Source: Bacilli bacterium
GTDB taxonomy: Bacteria; Bacillota_I; Bacilli_A; ML615J-28; CAG-698
Length of the DNA: 64,000 nucleotides
Assembly (NCBI GenBank): GCA_028691515.1
Contig: JAQUZE010000005.1
Coordinates: forward strand, 14,860-78,859
Direction: 5' to 3'
Shown here one piece after another: positions 9,785 through 19,288 of this stretch. Position numbers and translations under genes: made by a program. The notes beneath the pieces were generated by a model. The model was not told where the DNA came from and did no database searches. It saw nothing but the letters and a program-made list of their open reading frames with translations. Position 1 is the stretch's first letter; each line of letters starts with the position of its first letter.

Positions 9785-10519
9785 ATGAAAAGAGTAATTT
9801 TGAAATTGAGTGGAGAAGCACTAGGACATGAATCTAGAGCTGGAATATGTCCCGAAAAAGTAAATAAAATTGCTTTAGAAATAAAACAGCTTTATGATCA
9901 AAATGATGTTCAAATCGCTATTGTTGTTGGCGCAGGTAATATTTGGCGAGGGAAAGATGCTGAAAGTGCTGGAATGGAAAGATCTAGTGCTGATTATATG
10001 GGAATGATTGCAACAATTCTTAATGCTTTAGCATTACAATCTGCAATTGAAAAGTTAGGAATAGAAACAAGAACTATGACATCGTTAGAAATTCCTGCTG
10101 TTGCTGAGCCATATATTAGAAGAAAAGCTAGTGCTCATTTAGACAAAAATAGGTTAGTTATTTTTGGAGGTGGGAATGGTATTCCTTTCTTTACAACTGA
10201 TACTACAGCAGCTTTAAGAAGTGCTGAATTAGGAGCAGAATTAATTTTAATGGCAAAGAATGGTGTTGATGGTGTATATGATAGTGATCCAAGAATTAAC
10301 AAAGATGCTAAAAAGTATAATGTTTTGACACATCAAGAATTACTAGATAAGCATCTTAATGTTATGGATTTAACAGCTGCTACTTTATGTAGTGAAAATG
10401 ACATTGATATTCTAGTTTTTGATATGAATGTTCCTGGTAATTTTGCTAGAGCAGTTCATGATTATTCTATTGGAACCCTTATTACAAATAAAAAGAAAAA
10501 GGAGAAATACAATGCCTGA
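9785..10519 (+). CDS. pyrH: UMP kinase
   Basis: KRVILKLSGEAL, VVGAGNIWRG and the remainder of the PyrH fold. ATG 9785 sits 7 nt after AGGGA. Earlier in-frame ATGs (9764, 9779) overlap the promoter or SD. Confidence 0.93.
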   Translation: MKRVILKLSGEALGHESRAGICPEKVNKIALEIKQLYDQNDVQIAIVVGAGNIWRGKDAESAGMERSSADYMGMIATILNALALQSAIEKLGIETRTMTSLEIPAVAEPYIRRKASAHLDKNRLVIFGGGNGIPFFTTDTTAALRSAELGAELILMAKNGVDGVYDSDPRINKDAKKYNVLTHQELLDKHLNVMDLTAATLCSENDIDILVFDMNVPGNFARAVHDYSIGTLITNKKKKEKYNA

Positions 10520-11069
10520 AATGATTTTATTAGATGGTGAAGAAAGAATGCAAGGAGCAATTGAATCTTTAAAGAGAGAAATGTCCTTAATTAGAACAGG
10601 AAGAGCTAATCCTAGTGTTCTTAATGGAGTTATGGCTTCTTATTATGGTACTTTAACACCAATTAATCAAATTGCATCAATTAGTGCTCCCGAGGCTCAG
10701 CAATTGCTTATTAAACCATATGATAAGAGCTCACTTAATGATATTGTTAAAGCGATTCAATTAGCAGATTTAAATTTAAATCCTGTTAGTGATGGAACAG
10801 TTATTCGTATTAATTTTCCTGCTTTGACAACAGAGACACGTAAATTATTGTCTAAGGATGTAAAAGCCATTGCTGAAAATTATAAAGTAAATATTAGAAA
10901 CATAAGAAGAGATCTAATAGATCAATTTAAGAAGTTGGAAAAAAATAGTGATATTAGTGAAGATGATTTGCATAGGTATTCAGAAGATGCACAAAAATTA
11001 ACAGATAAGTATACTGATAAAGTTGATGAAGCTGCAAAAGAAAAAGAAGAATTAATAATGGAGATTTAA
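10512..11069 (+). CDS. frr: Ribosome recycling factor
   Basis: Typical RRF sequence (MQGAIESLKREMSLIRTGRANPSVL...). A GGAGAAA SD precedes ATG 10512. The ORF-track start 10428 lies inside pyrH. Confidence 0.93.
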   Translation: MPEMILLDGEERMQGAIESLKREMSLIRTGRANPSVLNGVMASYYGTLTPINQIASISAPEAQQLLIKPYDKSSLNDIVKAIQLADLNLNPVSDGTVIRINFPALTTETRKLLSKDVKAIAENYKVNIRNIRRDLIDQFKKLEKNSDISEDDLHRYSEDAQKLTDKYTDKVDEAAKEKEELIMEI

Positions 11070-11100
11070 TCCATAAATATAAATTAAAAAGGAGAGAAAA

Positions 11101-11658
11101 ATGGCATTTAAAGATTTTGAAAAATTAAAAGGTAGTAGAACAGAAAAAAATTTACAAGAAGCATATTCTGGAGAGTCTCAAGCACATGTAAAGTATATGT
11201 ATTATGCATCGCAAGCAAAAAAAGATGGTTATGTTCAAATAAGTAATATTTTTGAAGAAACAGCAAGAAATGAAAAGGAACATGCAAAATTATGGTTTAA
11301 ATTATTGCATGAAGGAAGAGTTCCTAAAACAACATTGAATTTACAGGATGCTGCTTCTGGAGAATTTTATGAATATAGTGATATGTATCCTGAATTTGCA
11401 AAAGTAGCAAGAGAAGAAGGGTTTGACGAAATTGCTTATTTATTTGATGGTGTTGCTGCTATTGAGAAAGAACATGAAGCTAGATATTTAAAATTATTAG
11501 AAAATATTGAAGGAGATTTAGTATTCTCTCGTGATGGTGATACAATTTGGCAATGTATTAATTGTGGACATATTGCAATTGGAAAAAAACCACCGATAGT
11601 TTGTCCTGTTTGTACTCATCCACAATCATACTTTGAAATATTAAATAGAAATTATTAA
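11101..11658 (+). CDS. rbr: Rubrerythrin
   Basis: Ferritin-like diiron ExxH motifs (EKEHAKLW, EKEHEARY) plus a C-terminal rubredoxin CxxC...CxxC (CINCG...CPVC). Confidence 0.9.
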   Translation: MAFKDFEKLKGSRTEKNLQEAYSGESQAHVKYMYYASQAKKDGYVQISNIFEETARNEKEHAKLWFKLLHEGRVPKTTLNLQDAASGEFYEYSDMYPEFAKVAREEGFDEIAYLFDGVAAIEKEHEARYLKLLENIEGDLVFSRDGDTIWQCINCGHIAIGKKPPIVCPVCTHPQSYFEILNRNY

Positions 11659-11660
11659 AA

Positions 11661-11686
11661 AAAGCTCTTTAAGAGCTTTTTTTTAT
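11661..11686 (+). terminator. Rho-independent terminator after rbr
   Basis: AAAGCTCTT/AAGAGCTTT inverted repeat followed by a run of T. Confidence 0.75.
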
Positions 11687-11777
11687 TATTACAGTTTGGA
11701 AAAAATAGTTTTTACTTTAATAATTATAGAAAAATTTACCTATTTATAGTATAATAATTAAAATGGAGAATATTGGT

Positions 11778-12494
11778 ATGAATATAGATAAAAATAAATT
11801 ACCTACACATATTGCAATTATTATGGATGGTAATGGTAGGTGGGCAAAAAGTAAAGGATTAACTCGTCAAGCTGGGCATAAAAAAGGTTCTGAAACTTTA
11901 ATCAATGTTGTTCAACAAGCAAATGAGTTGGGTATTAAGTATTTAACTGTTTTTGCTTTTAGCACTGAAAATTGGCGTCGTCCTAAAAAGGAAATAGATT
12001 ATTTAATGAATTTAGCTTCTAATATGTTTAATAGTCATAGAAATCAATTTAAAAAAATGAATATTAAGACAAATGTCATTGGTGATTTAACAAGATTACC
12101 TTATAAACTACAGGAAATAGTTAAAGATGTAATGTTTAGAAGTAAAGATAGGGATGGGTTAGTATTTACAGTTGCTTTAAGTTATGGTTCTAGAGAAGAA
12201 ATTGTTTCAACAACAAAAAAAATAGCTATGGATATTGTAAATAAAGAAATAGATATTAATGAATTAAATGAAGAATTGTTTAATTCTTATTTATATACAA
12301 ATAGTCTGCCTGATGTTGATTTATTAATTAGAACAAGTGGAGAAAAAAGAATAAGTAATTTTTTACTTTGGCAAGTATCATATAGTGAATTATATTTTAC
12401 TGATGTTTGTTGGCCAGATTTTTCAAGAGAAGAATTTTACAAAGCAATTAATTTTTTTGCAAAAAATGAAAGAAGATTTGGAGGACTTAAATGA
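11778..12494 (+). CDS. uppS: Undecaprenyl (isoprenyl) diphosphate synthase
   Basis: HIAIIMDGNGRWA, FAFSTENWRRP and IRTSGEKRISNFLLWQ. A GGAGA SD precedes ATG 11778. Confidence 0.93.
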   Translation: MNIDKNKLPTHIAIIMDGNGRWAKSKGLTRQAGHKKGSETLINVVQQANELGIKYLTVFAFSTENWRRPKKEIDYLMNLASNMFNSHRNQFKKMNIKTNVIGDLTRLPYKLQEIVKDVMFRSKDRDGLVFTVALSYGSREEIVSTTKKIAMDIVNKEIDINELNEELFNSYLYTNSLPDVDLLIRTSGEKRISNFLLWQVSYSELYFTDVCWPDFSREEFYKAINFFAKNERRFGGLK

Positions 12495-13396
12495 CTCCCA
12501 AAATAAAGAATTTTTTAATTAGAGCTGTAACTGGAGTGATATTACTTGCGATAATTATCCCTCTTTTAATTATTGAAGGTCCATGGTTTATGATTTTGGG
12601 CATTATAGGAAGCATAATTGCTACATTTGAAATGATAAATATGTTTGCATTGAAAGCTGAGTCTTTAAAAGTATTAAAGTATATAATTCCATTTTTTTCT
12701 GGAGTAATTGTATATTTGGCTGTAATAGCTGCAAAAAACAATAATTATTTTTGGTTATTTTTATCATTAATCATTGCAGTTATTATTTCTATGATTATAA
12801 TAATTTTTATAAAAAATTCTAAATCTTATGATTTTTCGAATATAGTAATGTCCTTATTATATTGTGGCGTGTTTTTTGGATTTGTTATAGCATTAAAATA
12901 TATTCCTGATTCAATAATTAATATTAACAATAGTAATGTAATTATAAATATTAAAGGTCCATGGAGTTTTGCATATATATACACAATAGTTTTATTTACT
13001 GATATGAGTGCTTATATGTTTGGAACTAAATTTGGCAAGCATAAATTATGCCCAACAATTAGTCCTAAAAAATCTATTGAAGGTGCAATTAGCGGATTAG
13101 TTTTTGGTAGTTTATTTGGTGCTGTGGCGTTATTTTTGTTTGGAATCATTAATTTAAAAACAGCAATGAACAATGAAATTTTAGTGTCAATTATTATTGC
13201 TATAAGTTTATCTTTAGTATTGAGTTTTGTTGTTCAAATTGGTGATCTTGTTGCTTCTAAATTCAAAAGGACATATGAGATTAAAGATTTCAGCAATATT
13301 TTACCAGGACACGGGGGAATAATTGATAGGTTTGATAGCCTTATATTAAGTGGAGCTTTGTTTTATATAATTATTCAAGTTATTATGATATTATAG
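12491..13396 (+). CDS. cdsA: Phosphatidate cytidylyltransferase
   Basis: Polytopic membrane protein with the CdsA signature SxxKR...KDxxxxxPGHGGxxDRxDS at the C-terminus. Confidence 0.9.
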   Translation: MTPKIKNFLIRAVTGVILLAIIIPLLIIEGPWFMILGIIGSIIATFEMINMFALKAESLKVLKYIIPFFSGVIVYLAVIAAKNNNYFWLFLSLIIAVIISMIIIIFIKNSKSYDFSNIVMSLLYCGVFFGFVIALKYIPDSIININNSNVIINIKGPWSFAYIYTIVLFTDMSAYMFGTKFGKHKLCPTISPKKSIEGAISGLVFGSLFGAVALFLFGIINLKTAMNNEILVSIIIAISLSLVLSFVVQIGDLVASKFKRTYEIKDFSNILPGHGGIIDRFDSLILSGALFYIIIQVIMIL

Positions 13397-13411
13397 ATTG
13401 GGATGAATAAT

Positions 13412-14563
13412 ATGAAAAATATATATTTGCTTGGAGCAAGCGGTTCTATTGGGAAACAAACATTGGATGTAATTTCGCGTTATCAGGATAAATTTGTTTT
13501 AAAGAGTTTCTCAGTTAATACTAACGTTTGTTTTGCAAAAGAAATAATTAAAAAATTTAAACCAGAAATGGTTTGCGTTGGTAATTATGAAGATATGGTT
13601 AAATTACAATTTGAATTTCCTGAAGTGTTGTTTTCATATGGAGATCAAGGATTAATTGATGTAGCTACATATTCAAGTGAAGATGGATATTTAGTTAATG
13701 CTGTTACTGGAAGTGTTGGATTACTCCCAACAATAGAAGCAATCAAGAAAAAAAGAGATATATTACTGGCAAATAAAGAAACACTTGTTATTGGTGGAGA
13801 ACTTATTATGCCTCTTGTAAAAAAATATAATGTTAATTTATTGCCAATTGATAGTGAACATAGTGCAATCTTGCAATGTTTACTTGCAGGTAAAAAGGAT
13901 GAAGTAAATAGAATAATAATTACTGCAAGTGGAGGAGCATTTAGAAATAAACAAAGAGAAGAGTTAAAATATGTTTCTAAAGAAGAAGCTTTAAACCATC
14001 CTAATTGGAAAATGGGGAGAAAGATAACAATTGATTCTGCTTCAATGATTAATAAAGCTTTTGAAGTAATAGAAGCACATTATTTATTTGATTTGCCAAT
14101 TAATAAAATAGAGACTATTATTCACAAACAATCAATTATTCATGGAATGGTTGAATATGTTGATGGAGTATTAATTGCACAGATGGCAATTCCAGATATG
14201 AGAATTCCAATTGAGTATGCTTTACTTTATCCAAATAGAAGTGAAAATGAATATAATAAAGTTGATTTTAAGCAAAATTTAGAGTTGAGTTTTGAAGAAA
14301 TAGATTTAAATAGATTCCCGTTATTAAAATTAGGGTATGAGGTAATTGAGAAAAAAGGCATTTTACCTACAATTTTTAATGCGGCAAATGAAGCAGCGGT
14401 AAAATTATTTTTATGTGACAAAATTAAGTTTTTAGATATAGAAGAAATTATAATTAGTAATGTTAAAGGCGCAAAAAATTTATCATCTCCAACAATTACT
14501 GATATAATTAGAGTAGATAAAGAGATTAAAGAAAAGATATTAAGAAAATATGAGGATAATTAG
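13412..14563 (+). CDS. dxr: 1-deoxy-D-xylulose 5-phosphate reductoisomerase
   Basis: LLGASGSIG NADPH motif, LANKE, DSEHSA, NHPNWKMG. An alternative start is ATG 13403. Confidence 0.92.
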   Translation: MKNIYLLGASGSIGKQTLDVISRYQDKFVLKSFSVNTNVCFAKEIIKKFKPEMVCVGNYEDMVKLQFEFPEVLFSYGDQGLIDVATYSSEDGYLVNAVTGSVGLLPTIEAIKKKRDILLANKETLVIGGELIMPLVKKYNVNLLPIDSEHSAILQCLLAGKKDEVNRIIITASGGAFRNKQREELKYVSKEEALNHPNWKMGRKITIDSASMINKAFEVIEAHYLFDLPINKIETIIHKQSIIHGMVEYVDGVLIAQMAIPDMRIPIEYALLYPNRSENEYNKVDFKQNLELSFEEIDLNRFPLLKLGYEVIEKKGILPTIFNAANEAAVKLFLCDKIKFLDIEEIIISNVKGAKNLSSPTITDIIRVDKEIKEKILRKYEDN

Positions 14564-16174
14564 ATGGAAACAGTTTTAGGAATTTTAGCATTTATTTTTA
14601 TATTAGGTTTAATAATTTCAATACACGAAGCAGGTCATTTCTTCTTTGCAAGTAGGGCGGGTGTGTTATGTCGTGAGTATGCAATTGGTATGGGGCCTGA
14701 AATTTTTAAAAAAAGAAAAGGTGAAACTCTGTATAAGTTGAAATTATTTCCTATTGGGGGATATTGTGCAATTGCTGGTGAAGAAGTTGAAGAAGATATG
14801 TTACAAGGCGTTGAAAAAGTGAAGTTAGGAATTAAAGGTGGAGAGATTACTGATATTTATTTAAATATTGATAATGAAAATGATGATAAAGTTTATAATT
14901 TAATTGAATATGATATTTTTGATTTAGAACAAACTGGCAAGCTTTTTATGAAAGTTGAGAAAGATGGAATTGTAAAAAAATATGCTGTAAATAGTCAAGC
15001 TTTTATTCATGATAAAAAATTACATATGCAAATAGCTCCATTTAATCGTACTTTAGGTTCTAAAAGTTTAGGTAAAAGAGCTTTAGTTATGTTTGGTGGC
15101 CCTATGTTTAATTTTATACTTGCTTTTTTAGTTTTTATAATAGTGGGATTATCTGTTGGATATATTGATTATAATAATAATCAACTATCGCAAGTTGAAA
15201 AAGATGGGCCTGCATATCGCGCAGGATTACAGGCTGATGATTATATTACTGAATTAAGTGTGGATGATTTCATTGTAGTTGTTGATAATGAAGGTAGCTG
15301 GGATGATATTGAGGATTTTTTCTTAGGATATATTGAGAGGGAATCTATAGAACCTGCAAGGATTACATATCTACGAGATGGAGTTGAACATATAAGTAGT
15401 ATTAATCCTATGTTTATTATTTATAATATGGGATTATACAGTGATGCTACCAAAGAAGATGTAATTATTAAAGATATTGATTATTCTGAAACTGAACTTA
15501 TGAATAATGTTGGTTTAAAGGTAAATGATAAAATTATTAAAATTAATAATAAGGACATTATTGCTTGGTCACAAGTTGCTAAGATAGCAAATGAATATAT
15601 TGGAAATAGTAATGTTGATGAGGAAAATATTTTGTCTTTTGTTGTTTTACGAGATGGTATTGAAAAGACAGTAGAAATTAAACCATATAGTAAGTCAGTG
15701 ATGGATAGTCAAAAAGATAATACAGGAAAGGTTATTCCTAATGCAGATGTTATTTTAGGAGTTACTCCAATTGTGAAGCATAGCTTTTTTGAATCTGTAT
15801 CTTTTAGTATAAATAAGACTGTTAATTCAACAACTTTAGTGTTTGATACCTTAGGGATGCTTTTTAAAAATCAAATAACTATTAGATCATTGTCTGGATT
15901 TGTTGGAATTGCAGATATGACTATTAAAATTACAGCTGGTGGAATAGTTAATTTATTAAGTTGGTTAGGATTATTAAGTGTAAATATTGGGCTAATGAAT
16001 TTATTGCCAATTCCTGCACTTGATGGAGGAAGATTAGTCTTTTTAGGTTATGAAGCAATTACAAGAAAAAAACCAAATCGAAAAGTAGAAACAGCATTAA
16101 TTTCAATTACTTTTATTTTATTAATGGGGTTGATAGTTTTTGTAACAATAAATGATATATTAAGATTGATATAG
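14564..16174 (+). CDS. rseP: RIP site-2 metalloprotease RseP/RasP with PDZ domains
   Basis: HEAGHF zinc motif, two PDZ-like segments, and C-terminal NLLPIPALDGG. Confidence 0.9.
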   Translation: METVLGILAFIFILGLIISIHEAGHFFFASRAGVLCREYAIGMGPEIFKKRKGETLYKLKLFPIGGYCAIAGEEVEEDMLQGVEKVKLGIKGGEITDIYLNIDNENDDKVYNLIEYDIFDLEQTGKLFMKVEKDGIVKKYAVNSQAFIHDKKLHMQIAPFNRTLGSKSLGKRALVMFGGPMFNFILAFLVFIIVGLSVGYIDYNNNQLSQVEKDGPAYRAGLQADDYITELSVDDFIVVVDNEGSWDDIEDFFLGYIERESIEPARITYLRDGVEHISSINPMFIIYNMGLYSDATKEDVIIKDIDYSETELMNNVGLKVNDKIIKINNKDIIAWSQVAKIANEYIGNSNVDEENILSFVVLRDGIEKTVEIKPYSKSVMDSQKDNTGKVIPNADVILGVTPIVKHSFFESVSFSINKTVNSTTLVFDTLGMLFKNQITIRSLSGFVGIADMTIKITAGGIVNLLSWLGLLSVNIGLMNLLPIPALDGGRLVFLGYEAITRKKPNRKVETALISITFILLMGLIVFVTINDILRLI

Positions 16175-16187
16175 GAGATGTAGTTAA

Positions 16188-17426
16188 ATGAAACAATCAA
16201 TGTTATTTGTACCTACTTTAAGAGATAATCCTAAGGATGCCGAGATTTCTTCTCATAGGATTTTACTTAAAGGAGGTTATATAAAGCAAGTCGCTGCAGG
16301 CGTTTACAATTATTTACCTTTAGGTTATAAAATTATTAAGAATATTGAAAATATTGTCAGGGAAGAAATGGATAGAATTGGTGCATCAGAATTACTGATG
16401 CCTTCATTACAACCAAAAGATTTATGGGTTGAGTCGGGTCGATGGGATGATTATGGAAAAGAGTTAATTAGATTAAGTGATCGTCATGATAGAGATTTTT
16501 GTTTAGGTCCAACTCATGAGGAAGTTGTTACTGAAATAATTAGAGATTATGTTACGTCTTATAAAAAGTTGCCTTTAGCATTATACCAAATACAGACAAA
16601 ATTTAGAGATGAATACCGTCCTCGTTTTGGAATAATGAGAGGTAGAGAATTTATCATGAAGGATTTATATACTTTTCATGCTGATGATGAAGATTTGGAT
16701 AAATGGTATTTAAAAGTAAGAGGAGCATATCAAAGAATTTTTGATAGATTAGATTTAACTTATAGGGTTGTCGGTGCAAATAGTGGTCAAATAGGTGGCA
16801 AGTCTAGTGAAGAGTTTATGGTTTTATGTGATATCGGGGAAGATAGTATTATTTATTCTGATGAATCAGAATATGCTGTAAATATTGAACTAGTAAACTT
16901 AAAAGAAGGTGATCCTTCTCCTGATGGTAAAGGGTATTTAAAAATTGCAAAGGGCATTGAAGTTGGCCATATATTTAAATTAGGAACTAAGTATTCTGAT
17001 TCAATGAAAGCAAATTTTATTGATAAAGATCAAAAAAGCAAAGCAATAATTATGGGATGTTATGGTATTGGGATTTCTAGATTATTGATGAGTGTTTTAG
17101 AACAACATAATTATGAAGATCATCCTTTGTGGCCAGAAGAGGTTACGCCTTTTAAAATTCATATTCTTCCTTTAGATAAAATTGATAGTAGTAATGAATT
17201 AATTGCTAGAGATCTTTATCTTCATTTAAATGAAAAATATGATTGTTTATATGATGATAGGGATGAAAGACCAGGGGTTAAATTTAAAGACGCGGATTTA
17301 ATTGGTATTAAGTATCGTATTATTGCAGGCAGAAAAACTAGTGATAAAATATTTGAATTTATTAATGTAGAAACTAACGAAAGATTTGAAATGTCAATGG
17401 AAGATATTTTAAAACTTGAGTTATAA
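16188..17426 (+). CDS. proS: Prolyl-tRNA synthetase, bacterial type, short form lacking the INS editing domain
   Basis: Bacterial-type N-terminus (MLFVPTLRDNPKDAEISSHRILLKGGYI) and class II motifs. Only 412 aa, versus about 570 aa for INS-containing bacterial ProRS. Confidence 0.9.
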   Translation: MKQSMLFVPTLRDNPKDAEISSHRILLKGGYIKQVAAGVYNYLPLGYKIIKNIENIVREEMDRIGASELLMPSLQPKDLWVESGRWDDYGKELIRLSDRHDRDFCLGPTHEEVVTEIIRDYVTSYKKLPLALYQIQTKFRDEYRPRFGIMRGREFIMKDLYTFHADDEDLDKWYLKVRGAYQRIFDRLDLTYRVVGANSGQIGGKSSEEFMVLCDIGEDSIIYSDESEYAVNIELVNLKEGDPSPDGKGYLKIAKGIEVGHIFKLGTKYSDSMKANFIDKDQKSKAIIMGCYGIGISRLLMSVLEQHNYEDHPLWPEEVTPFKIHILPLDKIDSSNELIARDLYLHLNEKYDCLYDDRDERPGVKFKDADLIGIKYRIIAGRKTSDKIFEFINVETNERFEMSMEDILKLEL

Positions 17427-17437
17427 GGAGGAGTTAA

Positions 17438-18574
17438 ATGAAAGGTTTTACAAATTGTAATATTTATGTAGAGGGTAAAGGAATAATTAAAACATCTTTA
17501 GAAATTAAAGATGGTAAAATTCATAAAATTGGAGATTTTAATGGCGGAAATAACCTACCTGATAATTTATATGTAATTCCTGGTTTTGTAGATCAACATG
17601 TTCATGGAGGGAATCATTCAGATGCAATGTATCCTACGCAAGAAGACATATTGAACATATCTAAAACTATTGCAAGTGAAGGAGTAACTTCATTTCTCGC
17701 TACAACAATGACTCAAAGTGAAGAAAACATTATTAATGCTTTAGAAAACCTAAAAACATATATTAAGTCAAAATATAAAGAAGGAGCTGAAGTTATTGGT
17801 GTCCATTTAGAAGGACCTTTTATTAGTAAAAAGTATAAAGGAGCTCAACCGGAAGAATTTATTGTTCCTTGTGATGTTGAAACATATAAAAGATATGAAG
17901 AAGCAAGTGGAGAAAAAATTAAAATTGTTACTTTAGCCTATGAAGAAAATGGTGAAGAATTAACAAAGTATTTAGTTAAAAAGAATGTTGTTGTTAGTTT
18001 GGGTCATACAGATGCAACTGCAAAAGATGTATTTGAAGCAGTATCAAATGGAGCAACTTGTGCTACACATTGTTATAACGCAATGAAAGGTCTACATCAT
18101 CGTGAAGCGGGCACAGTGGGGGCATCAATGCTGTCTAGTGATGTATATTGTGAACTTATTTCTGATTTAATTCATGTTTGTCCAGAAGCTATTCAAATTT
18201 TATTTAAACTTAAAGGAATGGATAAAATTATTTTAATTACAGATGGAATGGAAGCAAAGCATTTAAGCGATGGAGATTATAAATTAGGGGGGCAAACAGT
18301 TCATGTTATTGGAAAAGAAGCAAGACTTGATAGTGGTAATCTTGCTGGCAGTACTTTATATATGAATGAAGCTGTACGAAATATTAAAAATGTATTGAAT
18401 TTAACTATGGAAGAAGCGATTAATCTAGCAACAATAAACCCTTCTAAAAATATTAATGTATTTGATCAAAAAGGATCAATTAAAGTAGGGAAAGATGCGG
18501 ATTTTGTTATAGTGGATAAAGACTTTAATGTTTTTGAAACAATAAGAGGCGGTAATACTATATATAAAAAATAA
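17438..18574 (+). CDS. nagA: N-acetylglucosamine-6-phosphate deacetylase
   Basis: Amidohydrolase motifs PGFVDQHVHG, HLEGPF, GHTDAT and HCYNAM. Confidence 0.9.
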   Translation: MKGFTNCNIYVEGKGIIKTSLEIKDGKIHKIGDFNGGNNLPDNLYVIPGFVDQHVHGGNHSDAMYPTQEDILNISKTIASEGVTSFLATTMTQSEENIINALENLKTYIKSKYKEGAEVIGVHLEGPFISKKYKGAQPEEFIVPCDVETYKRYEEASGEKIKIVTLAYEENGEELTKYLVKKNVVVSLGHTDATAKDVFEAVSNGATCATHCYNAMKGLHHREAGTVGASMLSSDVYCELISDLIHVCPEAIQILFKLKGMDKIILITDGMEAKHLSDGDYKLGGQTVHVIGKEARLDSGNLAGSTLYMNEAVRNIKNVLNLTMEEAINLATINPSKNINVFDQKGSIKVGKDADFVIVDKDFNVFETIRGGNTIYKK

Positions 18575-18597
18575 GAGGGAATCCTCTTATTTTTTTA
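18571..18597. terminator. Bidirectional terminator between convergent nagA and udk
   Basis: ATAAGAGG/CCTCTTAT stem flanked by an A-run and a T-run. Confidence 0.7.
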
Positions 18598-19207
18598 ATA
18601 TATTAAGTATTTTTGAAACTATAATATCAATTGCAATTAAATTTTCTCCACCTTCTGGAATAATAACATCTGCAAAAACTTTAGAGGGCTCAACAAATTG
18701 TTCATGCATTGGCCTTACAGTTGTTAAGTATTGGTTAATAACTGAGTCTACACTTCTCCCTCTTTGATTTGTATCTCTTAGAAGTCTTCTAATAAAACGA
18801 ATATCATCAGGGGTATCAACAAACAGTTTGATGTCGAACATTTTAAGTAATTTGCTAATTGCAAAGATCATTATACCTTCAACAATAATAATATTACTTG
18901 GTTTAATAATGACGCTTTCTTTTGCTCTTGTATGATTGACAAAATCATAAATTGGTTTTTGAATTTCTTTACCAGCTTTTAGATCTTTTAAGTGTTTAAT
19001 TAATAAGTTTGAATCATATGCTGATGGATGATCATAATTAACCTTTTTTCTTTCTTCTAAAGGTATTTCATCTTGTTTTTTATAGTAGTCATCTAATCTA
19101 ATAACGGCAACAGAGCCATATGTTTCTGATTCCCGTTTAATATTAAGGGCAACTGTAGTTTTGCCAGATGCAGTGCCTCCTGAAATTCCAATGATTGTAC
19201 AGTTCAT
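18587..19207 (-). CDS. udk: Uridine kinase
   Basis: P-loop GISGGTASGKTT, DDYYK and NYDHPSAYD motifs. An AAAGGGGGA SD is present. Confidence 0.92.
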   Translation of the reverse strand: MNCTIIGISGGTASGKTTVALNIKRESETYGSVAVIRLDDYYKKQDEIPLEERKKVNYDHPSAYDSNLLIKHLKDLKAGKEIQKPIYDFVNHTRAKESVIIKPSNIIIVEGIMIFAISKLLKMFDIKLFVDTPDDIRFIRRLLRDTNQRGRSVDSVINQYLTTVRPMHEQFVEPSKVFADVIIPEGGENLIAIDIIVSKILNILKK

Positions 19208-19288
19208 AATTTCCCCCTTTCGTTTATTATAACAAAAAAATAATTAGTTATGAATGAATTTTTGAAATAATATGTTATAATATTGTTT

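Noticed and set aside
8021-14421. Assorted short antisense ORFs from the track within this span: 8021-8254, 8866-9063, 12487-12741 and 14227-14421. Similar ORFs elsewhere in the window were treated the same way: 25873-26055, 33777-33989, 37552-37755, 43770-45898 (several), 53055-53375, 53771-53962, 55434-55625, 56206-56409, 59351-59551, 61474-61695 and 62953-63141.
   Set aside because: Each lies inside, or largely overlaps, a well-supported gene on the opposite strand. AT-rich genomes produce many such stop-free antisense stretches. I saw no motifs or SD sequences.
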